Assembly: GCF_000002075.1 (NCBI RefSeq)
Contig: NW_004797760.1
Span: 164,482-228,481, forward strand
Direction: 5' to 3'
Source: Aplysia californica
Taxonomy: Eukaryota
DNA: 64,000 nt
Below, in pieces: positions 49,119 to 60,907 of this stretch. The notes below the pieces were generated by a model, which was not told the origin of the DNA, ran no database searches, and worked only from the letters and a program-made list of their open reading frames with translations. Within the stretch, counting starts at the first letter, position 1. The number at the start of each line of letters is the position of its first letter. The position numbers were made by a program, and so were the translations under genes.

Positions 49119-52100
49119 CTACGTACATCTGGCTATCATATCATTCAGTTCTAAATTTCTCCAGTCATTCCTCACATCATTCAAATGGTTATCAAAATCC
49201 TTCAGCTGCCTCTGAGCACCAGACTTCATCAATGCGTATACACACTCCTCTTTCAGAATTTCTTCTTCAGTATTTCCCCTGAAAAGACATTTTTTTAAAA
49301 AGTTGAAGTAAAATTGAACAATGGGCATTCACTTGAAATTCAAACATAAAAAGAGATTTTTAATTTATTGAAAGAGAGAACACTCAGGGTTCCTGCCATG
49401 AACTTCCCATCAAATTCAAGGAGGTTTCATTAGTTTCAAGGAGTTTTCAAGGAGATTTTTCCTTGAATGCAAATTCAAGCAGTTTTCAAGGACTCCTTGA
49501 ATTCAAGGAGGCCGCGGGAACCCTGAACACTATCCACAACAAGAAGAACAACTTTTAAATAGAATGGCTTTTATCCCCCGAATATCAGAGCAAGCAGCAT
49601 GATCTTCTCTTGACAATTGTGTTTTCAGAAGAAAAAAAAATTAAGTGAGAGTATAAAGGTGACAATCCCCCCTCGCCCCAACCCTATACCATAGTGCTTA
49701 CCCATTACCCAACATAAAATATATCTTTGGACAACTCTGATTTCAACAAATAAACATTCTGCTCCCACCTAAGGACTCTTATTCAAAACAATTTTTGTTT
49801 AACACATTACACCCTAAGGGCCTGGACGGGAAGTCCATTGGTAGATCCTAAGCAAGGGGAAAGAACCCACCTCCCCTGAATACTAGCCTTTAAAAAACAC
49901 ATTTTAAAAATACTAAACAAATTCCAAAAATCCTGAAAAAATAAAAGTTAAAAAGAAAACTGAATGTAGTTTCAGAAAAATATAACTTTATGTATGCGCA
50001 AACTGTTGGAAATGTTCTCAATTTAGTTCAATCGGGGTGTCCGACCCGTCACTCTCACTCTCAGCCTCGCGGTCGGGCCCTAGATCTAAATTCTATAATT
50101 TCTCCGTCTGATCAATCGGAATCGCCCCAAACTCTTCCTACAACGTTTTCATCAAAATCTGAGCCATCTGATTTGTCACATGCTCGTTTTTGCTCAAATC
50201 CATCGTTATTTCCGTTTTCGAACTCAATTGTGTCGCTTTTCAACAAGTCGAGGCACTTTCGAAGTGTCGGTAACGCGATCGCACTTCGATCAGCTCTAAT
50301 ACTAAAACTACTAGCCCGAAAAATTTCGTTTCGGTATCAAACGAAAGAAGAAACTTTTTGCTATACTATGCAAATCAAAATCCCGGCCCCAGAGTCTCGT
50401 CAAGGCGAGACTTTCGTTTCTAAAGACGCTGGGTCGGCGCGGGCGGTTCCGGGCGAGTCAGGGTGGAGCGCGTAAGGGAATTCCCGGGCGATCGCGGGCG
50501 AGTTAGGGTGTAATGTGTTAACTTACTCCTCAACCACCAAAAACACAGTTGAATCTAATTATTTTGTTGTTGATATGTTAAACATTCTGAGACAAAGAGA
50601 CCCTGGAAAAGAAACCTTAAGTTATATAGTTACTTTTTCTCAATGGTTCCCCATCCTGTTTCTTTGAATGTGTAGATCTTGTAAGCCTGGGACACTGTCT
50701 CTGCTGCCACTTTCCGGTTGTCAATCTGCGCAAACAAAGAGCAAAACTGTTAGAGTGTGTGTGTTTGTAAAGTGTGTGTGTTTGTAAAGTGTGTGTGTTT
50801 GTAAAGTGTGTGTGTTTGTAAAGTGTGTGTGTTTGTAAAGTGTGTGTGTTTGTAAAGTGTTTTACGGCGCTCGCAACACCTGATATTTTCAGTTGGTAGG
50901 AAATTTTGAACTTTGCCCGGGTGGCGGCTGAAGCCTACTCTTATCGATTTTAGACCACCAAGGGATCTTTAACGTGCGCAACTTGCACACAGGCCCTCCG
51001 AGATTTTTCGCCATTGTCCGAGAAGGCTAGGTGTAGATCTTCCCTACCAGAAGATCAGGGGTGTGGCAGAAAGACAGCAGTAAGGAGGAGCCAAGGAGTA
51101 GCAGTAGAAAGGCTGCAGAAAAAGTCAGGAGCCCAGAGGGGGGCACAGGAGGTGAGGGGGTGGGGCAGAAAGTGGAAACGAAAGCAGACAACAGAACATT
51201 GCTAGAGAGCAGGAAATGAGGTGAAAGGAGACAATTTTAGAGAAGAAAATTTTTTTTTGGTCGCTACCTGGATTCGAACCCGGGACCTTTGAATGAGAGG
51301 CCAACACCTTAACCTCTAGGCCATGAGAGCCCCCTACTGTTAGAGTGACAGTGCATAAGGAGAAGGGGTAACTCTTATTATCTATTAGTTCATCAAGAAA
51401 GGAAATAACTAAAAGTGCCATCAGCAACATACAGGACACATCTTCCAAAACACTCTATAAAAGATTGCTTATTACTACGATAGCTGAATGATCTGCGACT
51501 GAAAACAACTTTAGTTCCTAGCACCACTTCTTCTTTACATTTATAAGGCATCGTGGTGAATTCAGGAACTCTTCAAAATTATGAAATCCAAGCATTTGCA
51601 TTTTTTTTTTCGATGGGCAATTTTTATCTAATTTTGTTTTTTACATCCATTTAAAAACACATTTTTGTGTGGATTTTACAAGGCCGAAGGGCTAGAACTC
51701 AAATAGCCGCTGGATAGGAAAAGTAAAGTGTGGATTTTACCAAACAATATTGATTAAATGCACAAAAATGCAAATTTTCAGTTTCCAATGACTCTCAGGC
51801 TATGGAAGTTACCAAACTTTGGTGGCCATTTTCCCGCTAATTTTACCTTTGAAACCAGGCGACCCTGACCTCCTTCAATCACAAATATTTCGAGATCTAT
51901 TCAACATGGCAAATGAACAGGCTTTAAGATGACACTGATAACCCCAAATGCCAAAAAATTGACGAGCGCCTGATTCCACAACGTCATGACACATTTGTTT
52001 AAGTTAAATGGTTATGTTGAGCTTACCTACATAAATACGTTAGAGTTGAAGTGATCTTTTACCCCACGCAGCAAGTTTGCTATGGCTGAATTTATTTTTA

Positions 52101-55100
52101 AAGTTTTTTTTGCACGAGTATTGTGGGATATTTTGCAGCAGTTTTGACACGAGTGGTACTTATGTTAAAAATACAGTCATGTAGAGCCGATCAACACACA
52201 ACAGACCAACATACTACTGTATGCTTCAGTGTTAGTTTTAGTCTCATTTTTGAGAGCTTTGGTATTTCAATCATCCAATTTTCTCCGGCTTTGGTTCACA
52301 GAATACTTGTAATCACTTGATGACCCATGATTTACTTGGACATGCTCGCCCACGCCTGGTTTAGATCATTGATCAGGGAACTTACCATCAAGACACAAGC
52401 ATCATGGAAATTCTCTTGTATCTTTCTGCCTATCGTTCTTGCAACATGGTTCATCCTATAAAGAAATAAAAAAATAATTAATGCAGGCACTGATTGTACA
52501 GAGTTGCACATGAATAAAGCCATTGCTTATGAAGACATCAGTAAGGAAGATAAATCCTGATCTTTCTAGAACTCACAGTAGAGCCTTTGAACTAAGCCAT
52601 CAATAAAATAAAATTATTTATAATAAAGAGGTGATGATGACATTAGTTTGCATAATGAGGTCTTAATTTATTACATGTTTGTATGTATCAGGCAATGATT
52701 AACGCACATGAAAGACATAGGTCTAAACTCTTTTCCTCATATATCATAACAACAAAAGTGTAAGTAGCTTGAGTGGAATTGGCAAACACTGGGACCAAGT
52801 CATAAAAAAGTGATCTTGATCTAATAAAAAAAAAAGTCCTGTAGTTGTTAAGTTGCATTCAGACTAAGAAAATGGGCAGCTGGCTCTCAATTTCAGACAT
52901 TGTTAGGTATGCGAATCCATTTTAATGCCATTTAACTCACTTGCGACTGGGCCCTTTCACCAGTCACAAGCGTTGAAGACTGGCGTTTTTGGGGGTATTT
53001 CAATAAATCACCACAACTCTCAGAATTACCCTATTGTAATTATTTTTTGACACAGTAAAGTAACATTCAAGCTTAATCTAATACAAAAAACCAAAGTTGT
53101 GTAAGTCTAATACTTTAATTTGTATGATTTTTTAAAAATTGGCATGAATTTGATTTTCCAAAAAATTTCCAGAGACGTGACAAGTAGAATGAAATTCACT
53201 ACAACAACAAAAATAAAAGTTCAAAGTGTTCTGTTTTGATTTGTATACATGTGCGAGTGTTTGGTGAAAATATAAAAGCTGGTCTGTGCATTGATTCAGA
53301 CCCATACACTGAAAATACATAGACAGATGTACGGCACGACGTTGTGATTTCGTTGCGCGAAAAACAACACCGGCACTAGTGCTAGATCTAGCCCTAGAAC
53401 TACGACTCGGGCCGTGTTCAGGTACATATCCAGGATCCTAACTATTAGACACATCATATTCTGAGACACTAAAACTAGTAAAACGTACAGAAGTATAGAA
53501 AACGGCGAAATTATGTGATTCTTGTTCATGCGACTTCTTCGACCGTTACTACGACGCGACTGTCGGATTACTATCAGCTGTATAGAAAAAAACAAAGCGC
53601 GAGTTCCGGTCTGTTCAACCCCAGTTGGGGTCACTGTCCTTCACCTTCAATAACTTAAAAACTACCGGCCCCAGAGATACGAAACGAAGTCCAAGTAGCT
53701 CAGGCTTGGCCAAACAAGGGTACGAGGCGGGTCTCGCGATCCGTGCGTGATTTGTAGAGCGAAAAAAAAATTCCAAAGTTGGTCACGCAGGGCTCGTGTG
53801 ACCCGTCGCGAGCGTCGCGGCGGGGGTCACGCAACTGTTGTGTGACCCGTCTGAAGTGAGTTAATGAAATGGAAATAACAAACATGAAAAGCACACAAAC
53901 TTAAAACTGCTAGTTATAAAGAATACTTACTCATTGTCATTATAGTTTTCATTAGCTTGATAGTATCCTGCTATGACAAGACCTTTACTTTTGCAGTACG
54001 CATCAATCTGTGAAAAAAAACAAACAAACAAGGTTAAAAGTAAAAGTGTAAAACAAATGAAATGAAAGCATGGCATACAAGACAAACTGGCAGCAGAGGG
54101 GAAGGGACATATATATCCATGTATCCACAGTAAAGAAACAGTCAGACCATACGAGTCCAAAATTAGGTCAAGTGAACTTTGATGGAACAAAAGGAGATGG
54201 CTTCCCCTTTCTTTTTTAATTAATTAAAATCAACATTAAAAATAGTTCTCTGTTTCAATGAATACATAAATGAGCAGGCATGGATTCAACGAAGTTGCTT
54301 GCGGGGTGAATAGCCACTGCCAAAGTGGCTTTGCTCATTTTTCTCCCACAACTTTATCTGTTCCTGGAAAGTATCCATGAAATCTGCATCGCGAACCATT
54401 ATTTACTTAGTAAGGTCTATTGTGTTTATCTCATGCTACCAATCAGCAGCCTTCTTTCATACCAACACATGCCTTGCTGGCACATACACGTGTCTTAGCG
54501 TATCAGGGTTGGATGGGCAGCCAGCACACTTGTGAAGTGTGATGAACGTGTGCGTGCGTGCGTGAGTGTGTCTGGAAGGGGGGAGTCCGGGTGTAGAACC
54601 AGTAGTCAGTAGAAATACAAACAAGTCACAGTGCTCACAGTCATCCCCCCCCCCCCCCCCCCCGTCTACTGATGAATATTACAATGATAAGCTAGTCTTG
54701 ACATAGATCTACATAAGATAGGTCTGTGGAATCAAACGTTGCTGTTTGTATACTAAACTATACATAGCAATTCCACAGCTTTTTAAAAGATGGGTACTAC
54801 CAACCTATAAACACCTCAGGTACAAAGATCAATAAGCCAGAAGTAAAATGCTTTTTACTTTTTCAAAATCGGCCCATAAATAAAAAGGTTATGGCATGGC
54901 TATGTACGTGTCGGAAATTGTGGGTAAATAAGTCAATTGATTATGCGCATAACTAATCAACTGCATAGTAATTTTAGCAAAGAAGATATGATCCCACTCG
55001 CCTGCCCCTCTTCCAAACCATGAAAATATATGCCTTAGAACTGCAATATTGCATTCATTTCTATTTGATGTGTGTATTTTCTGTAATTATAACATCGTTC

Positions 55101-56555
55101 TGCTTTATCATTATTAGGAGTAAGTAGACTGACACATGCATAAATCCACGGAAATCTACCCGAGTAATCTTCATTCTGATTCTGCCACAAACATAATAAA
55201 TACTAGAAGAGTATGTATGCAGTTATTTTGAAGTCCACATCTGCACTAAATTCACGTAAAGCTGAAATTAAACCCAGTTTTTTTTAAACGGCAAAAAGAA
55301 GAAACTTCCATTATGTCCGTGTCCTTGTGTACGGTGTTTTCTGTGGTATTCAGGCCGATCAAAATAACTGTCCCATCAGTGGCTACGCTTTAACGCAGCC
55401 ATGACGTCACAGCGAGATGGCGGCAAGCTGACACACGTTTCGCGGCAAGTACTTCCCATGTGTGGAAGTGTATCCCTTTCTAGCTTTCGGGCCACGTGAA
55501 CAACAGGAACGACTTCGACTTCGAACAATTTGAGTGCAAAACTTTCGGAAATTGACCTATATTATCCCCTTTCGAACCTCAGGTCATTCATAACAACAAG
55601 AGGGTCCAGAAAGGTTTTCGAATGGGCGTAACTTCTCGTAGTGTCTTATCAGTTTGTGAGAGGGGGTTATTCATGTGTCTGTAACACTTTATAAATAGAA
55701 AGCTATGAAAGATAGAGCGTTATCTTTTATCAGGTAGTATCATTTCATACAGAATCAAGCTCATTTGAAAGATTTTGTATAGAAGTAGAAGAATGGAAGT
55801 CTTGTTTCCTGACTATCCTTTCGAGCTCCTCATGTCTAAGTGGGTCAATTTCTTCTATAATTTCATTGGACAAACATCTACTATAGAGCTACAACTCGGC
55901 GTGTTTCGAATGAGACGTATGCCTCGATTACGAACCAATGCAGGCGGTTCTAGATCTAGAAGAAGGCCACAAACGCATACAAACTCAAGCAGACTGACGC
56001 ACACACACTTGACCTGCGTGAATGGGGATCCGACTCGGGACCCGAATTTCACGTAAGATGATGCGCGGTGCGCGTGAGCTGAGCCAGGGGCTACACTGAT
56101 TCGGGATCAGAACGTAGGCGAGGGGTCGAAATAGGCTTATCGGGCGATATAAACCCGTCCCCCGCAGGACGAGGGTTAAATTTGATGTTTTGCAGTTGTT
56201 AGATTTAACGAGTCTTAGCTCGCCGCGCATCAAACGTAATCTAGATCTTCTAGGATCTAGATTTAGGCTCAAATAAGGGGGGTGGGAACTACCGAAAAAG
56301 CACCCGGATTTTTTCTGGCCACCTCTATTCTCACCCGGGGTGAGAATAGTGCAGGCGAGTCTTTTGGCTATTCTCACCCGGTGCACGTTCACCGTTATAG
56401 CCTAGATCTAGGCCAACAAATTTTGCGTTCACCCTTAGTAAACCACAGAATTCTACACTGTGATAACAGAAAAATTGTAGAATTCTGTGCCGTGAACAAA
56501 CGTTCCATTACAACTGTAGCCTACTAAAAGCGTACAATTTTGTCTGTGGGCAGTG

Positions 56556-56604
<49 letters not shown>

Positions 56605-58258
56605 GAGTAGCGCGAGAACTTCCGGGCAAAACAAAATGGCGACCCGCGTAGTTCGGCTCGATTCGAAAAGTTAAATAGCCGTAGCATCTTTGTAGACAAC
56701 CAAATTAATTTACTTTTGTGTTAAACATCATTTTTTAACTTTATTTTGGTCAATTTGATCGTCCACACCGATAGACAGTATTCAGAAAGAGACAGAGAGA
56801 GAGAGAGAAGCGGGGAGGAGTAGATCTTGCGAGAACTTCCGGGCGGGTGAGAATAGCCACTTCCATTTTTTCTCTGGATGTAGATCTAGAGTGGTGTCGC
56901 CGGTACCCGTGCACTTCGCGATCGTTGAACGTATTTTCCGCCATTTCTGGCTTTGTACTTTCGTTTTTAGCTATTGAGCTATTCCATTCAAGAAACTATT
57001 GACCTATAAAATGGTCTTGCTCATAGTCACCAGATTTCTTAAACGTTGTGTGCCCAACAGTTTTTCCAACCTAGGGATTCTTCACTGTGCGTGCACCCAC
57101 GTTGAAAGCCAAAAGAAGAGGAATCTGATAACATTACTGCATTAAATGACCACACAGAAAGATAACAAGTCACTTTAGAAGCAAAGTAAGGCAATTTTAA
57201 TTAGAATCTAAACTAATTTAATTTAGGGGGTATAAATAGATAGATCTAGTTCAAATACATAGTGAAAAAAAATCAAACAGAATTTTTCACAACTAAAATC
57301 CACATTTTCCTACTCTTCATCACTCATTCCTCTGATCTTTCCATCTTTCACACAGTCCACATGCCACCATCCATGAAATTCTTCAAACTGCAACCAAATA
57401 GTCTCTAAAATTGAGTCTACTTTTTTTCTTAGTATTCTACTATATATTTCATTGTGCACGCGCAGAGAAAACTCGAGTTTTTTCAGTCTTCACAACGCGT
57501 GCACCCCCCCGATCCCCAAACCCGCATTACAACTTGGCATAGAACTCGATAAAAGGTCACGTGAAACACTCAAGGAAGGAGTAGGGACATTTTTTAAGCT
57601 AGGGGGCGCGCACAGTCTATTTGAACCAATCAGAGGCAAATAGGTCATAAAAACTAGTTCACAGGTCAGCGTTGAATGTCAACTTGCCACAGCTGATAAA
57701 AACACTCTCGATGATCCCTTGTCGGCAAACGAGTGATGGAAGTAAACAAAAATGGCTGCTGCACACACTGACGCATTCAATCAAACGCAAAAACGCAATT
57801 TGAGGCTAAAAACAAAGGAAAACAAAAGTGCACGGACCGAGAAGGCGCACGCGCAGGGGCTACACCACTCTAGATCTAAATAAATATGAAGGACTTCCAT
57901 AACGAGCGACTACCCCATCAAACACAATAAAGAAGAGGTCTAACCCTAACCCAACCCCTACATCTACCCCTACCCCTAGCCCTCAATTCTGATCTCTCAT
58001 GTGGTCGCTCGTTACGGAAGTCCTCCCAGATCACCGGCTACACTACTTTCACACCTGAAGCAAAGCGACTTCCAGCATAGGGGAAAGGCCGAGAGACACA
58101 TGGAATAGGGGGATACAGTCTACACATCTGTGGCTCTTGGTATCTTTGTTTTTGCTATCTTCAGCAAGTAGTACCCCATTCACAGCGGAGTGGGGATATT
58201 TAGCGGCATGAAGCAGCACTTTGCAGTGAGCCTGAAGACTAACAGATGTGTCCGCCAT
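49119..58258 (-). CDS. EMC8: ER membrane protein complex subunit 8/9 homolog (UPF0172/MPN-like), 5 coding exons, 200 aa
   Basis: Exons 58258-58055, 54007-53931, 52455-52386, 50725-50634, 49278-49119 (603 nt), all GT-AG with matching phases. Family motifs: [59 protein letters not shown]...DWRN..LN. Probably a single co-ortholog of vertebrate EMC8 and EMC9. Confidence 0.95.
49385..49525. mobile_element. hAT-like MITE with 6-bp TSD
   Basis: TIR CAGGGTTCC(T/C)GC; TSD AACACT; internal TTCAAGGA repeats. Confidence 0.85.
49803..50517. mobile_element. piggyBac-type non-autonomous element
   Basis: TTAA|CACATTACACCCTAA...TTAGGGTGTAATGTG|TTAA with a CpG-rich interior. Confidence 0.88.
50758..51335 (-). 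mobile_element. Full-length tRNA-derived SINE with Meta-like central domain and LINE-type tail
   Basis: Head at 51259-51334 has A box TGGCCTAGAGG and B box GGTTCGAATCC. Core is GCACGTTAAAGATCCC. Tail is GTTGCGAGCGCCGTAAAAC plus a 17-bp tandem (ACTTTACAAACACACAC)n. TSD ACTGTTAGAGTG at 50746-50757 and 51336-51347. Confidence 0.9.
51490..51994. mobile_element. TIR element family F, copy 3
   Basis: Same TIRs and interior as the other copies. Confidence 0.75.
52936..53860. mobile_element. piggyBac-type non-autonomous element
   Basis: TTAA|CTCACTTGCGACTGG...CCCGTCTGAAGTGAG|TTAA, with subterminal GTGACCCGTC repeats. Confidence 0.8.
54280..54740 (+). mobile_element. Interspersed repeat family G, copy 2
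   Basis: Colinear with 37300-37700. Confidence 0.7.
57888..58026. mobile_element. Small foldback/MITE with internal CCCTAA-like repeats
   Basis: 23-bp inverted repeats GAAGGACTTCCATAACGAGCGAC and GTCGCTCGTTACGGAAGTCCTCC (2 mismatches) enclosing CTAACCCTAACCC. Confidence 0.7.
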
Positions 58259-58419
58259 GTTTCTGTAATATTGATTTGCTGCAGAATTATCGTTTATGTG
58301 TTTGAGTTTTATAACTGTTTAAAAATATTGAAAATTAATGAAATCATAATGATGACATTTTTTTAAACATAATATTAGCGTTTTGAAATTGCTTTCTTTA
58401 GCCCATCATTATACTGTAC

Positions 58420-58530
58420 AGTTTTACATTCACTTCGTAGCTACAATATGTCAGCCCCCGTGACTAGTAGTAAACAAACAGTTGCTTAGACCGGTATTCT
58501 CGGCGCAATGAATGTTTACTTGTTGTTGTT
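58420..58530. promoter_or_regulatory. Candidate bidirectional promoter between divergent EMC8/9 and TMEM42
   Basis: Lies between head-to-head genes. GTAAACAAACA at 58470-58480 and TGTTTAC at 58513-58519 face opposite ways. Both ATG exons have an AG acceptor just upstream (58264-58263 on -, 60884-60885 on +), implying upstream non-coding exons. Confidence 0.35.
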
Positions 58531-59261
58531 TTTTAAACAAAGAAAACATTGTTGTTATTAATAAAAATAATGGGAGTTTATATATTCGCCTGATCCGTGG
58601 AAGGCTTTACTAATTAAGAGCTAGAGATCTAGATCTAAATCTAGTTTTAGTGCTATTCATAATTCAATTCATTCACAATGAATCATCTTTAACATCTTAC
58701 TAACGAATCAAAAGTAAAAGTAAAAGTAAAAGGACAGAAAGTGCATGATGTTGTGAGACAGATTTAATACCACACCACACACATACACCCCCCCCCCCAC
58801 ACACACACAACTGTATTAACTCCAAGACCCACACACATTCTCACATATTACACAAGTTGAGTGTGGATGAGCCTGCTTGTAATCGGTTTGTTTACGTGCT
58901 GGCCGTGATGGATATTGATATTTACTACAGTATTACAGGAAATAGTTAATAGTTGCCAATCTTACTAGATCTAGATCTAATAAAGAAAATAATAATTTAG
59001 CCTAGACTTACTCTCTTTCAAAAGACGCAATTTTACAGGCGGGAACTAACTTTTTTTCTGCTAGCCATTCCATTATAATTCCATGTTAATTTTGCCAAAG
59101 AACATAAAATTTAATCAAAAGAAAATAATAATTACATGGTCGTCAAGCCTAAACAGAGGGGATCCACATTCTTTTCTAGTACCTTTTAATCTTCTTTATG
59201 CCTCCAAAATTTGTAATTCGGATCCCTTCAAAAGAAATCGTAGATCAGATCTATATCGAAC

Positions 59262-60350
59262 TTAACGGAAACCTGACATAATGGAATGTCCCAGCTCTCC
59301 CCTTGATAAAGTCCTCTGTAGATCTAATTACCCCTGTAAAACGGAAACCTGTCTAGCATAGAAACGGAAAGAGCAATTCCTTCTCTTTGGAGGTTTTTTA
59401 AAATATATATATATATAGTATAAATATATTACCTGTCTTAGACGGAAAATTATGTTTTGCCCACTCAGTCCCGATTTGAAACAAAACTATCTGATCTCTT
59501 AAGTTTGTTTCATTGGCTAATCTTTTCACCATGCCTCCAGGCAAGGCGAAGGGGAGTACGTAGGAGTGCAATTTGGGGGTAAATGTTTCCCCATTTATCT
59601 AAGCCTTGAGCAGTGCAGCTGGTCGTCAGGGTGATATGTGGGTATGATGAAATCTCACCAGTGCCTGTGAAAGAGCTCGAGTGGCGCTCCAGCATGAAAA
59701 CTTTCACGTGTAGTCAGAGGTGTGAAATTAGTTGGACCATTGCCCGCCACCCATGAGATCGTATGGCCAGCCGAGAAAAGAGTTCCTTGAATCATTGTTA
59801 CATGCTCATGAAAGGTGGCACTGGTTGACTGTAGCCTACTTATTACATTGATTGATGGGTGGGGCTAACGGTGGAATCAAAAGGAGATGTTCAAATGTTT
59901 CTATTTTCAATTAGAGGTTAACCCTATCCGTACGTCTTGTTTTACTATTGATCGTATCCATACTACGTGGGGAACTCTGTGCCACCACTTTCCAAAGAGG
60001 AAATTTACTAATTTATCCGATCCGTAAGCTTTGCATTGCAGTCTGTCAAAATGATTTTTTGAGAAATACTGAAAGTTTCAAAGAGATCTTCATACTGGAG
60101 TGTATTCTAAAAAGTGAAGAATACAACCCCGAGGGTACAAAATGACCCCAGAGGGCGTAGGAAAGGGTTAAAACTTAACCAGTGGTCCTATGAAATGCAA
60201 ACAGTGTGGCAATGGCTAAGTAAGACTGACGCTTGTCATTATCAGAGAGGACAGCACTTGAAAGGTATGAAGTTCTGACCACTGCTTGCTAACCGGACAA
60301 GCAACACTTGATCCCACCGGCTTGGTGTCTGACCCCCCCCCCCCCCCCAG
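59262..60350 (+). mobile_element. Family E copy, with MITE C nested
   Basis: Colinear with 1969-3800 on both sides of the nested MITE. Confidence 0.75.
59922..60167. mobile_element. piggyBac-type MITE family C, copy 3 (nested in family E)
   Basis: TTAA TSD; colinear with copies 1 and 2. Confidence 0.9.
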
Positions 60351-60907
60351 CTTCTCCTAATTCCCGACGGAACAAGTTTTTAATATAATTTTTCTCCTGG
60401 TTCCCTTGCGTTTCCGTCTTACACAGGTACGCCTGAATAATATACAGTAGCCTACAACAAGGATAGCTCAAATTCGTTGAGACCGGCCTCGATAGTTTGA
60501 GGGATCCGTAGTTTGAGGGATATCTTACAAGGATAAAGAAGAAGAAAAAACGGGACCGCAGGCACAGTTTCACAGATGAGTGATTTCGAGTCTTCTGTGT
60601 TCGACCTATGCGTCTTATACTGTATAACACCGGAGAGGGAAAAAGAGAGAGAGTGGGAGAGAGAGAGAGTGTTTAAAAGAAAAATCTTTGCACGTTCACT
60701 TGGCAGAGCCACAGTGCAGTCTTTTTATTTCCATTGGTGTGTATCAAAATTATTATTATAATAAATATATTATTATTATTATTTAATAATGATTATTATT
60801 ATATTATACACGCACTCGCATTCTACATATTATGTAATGTTCACATGTACACCGTAATGAACACGTTGATTTATTTCGTTCTCAGCGTTTAGGCTTCAAG
60901 TATTGAA

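Noticed and set aside
49990-50475. 161-aa ORF
   Set aside because: Lies inside a TTAA-bounded non-autonomous element and has no transposase or other recognisable motif.
51259-51334. tRNA gene
   Set aside because: It is the head of a TSD-bounded SINE with a central core and LINE-type tail.
57940-57980. Telomere-like CCCTAA repeats
   Set aside because: Only about two degenerate units inside a small inverted-repeat element; not an interstitial telomere.
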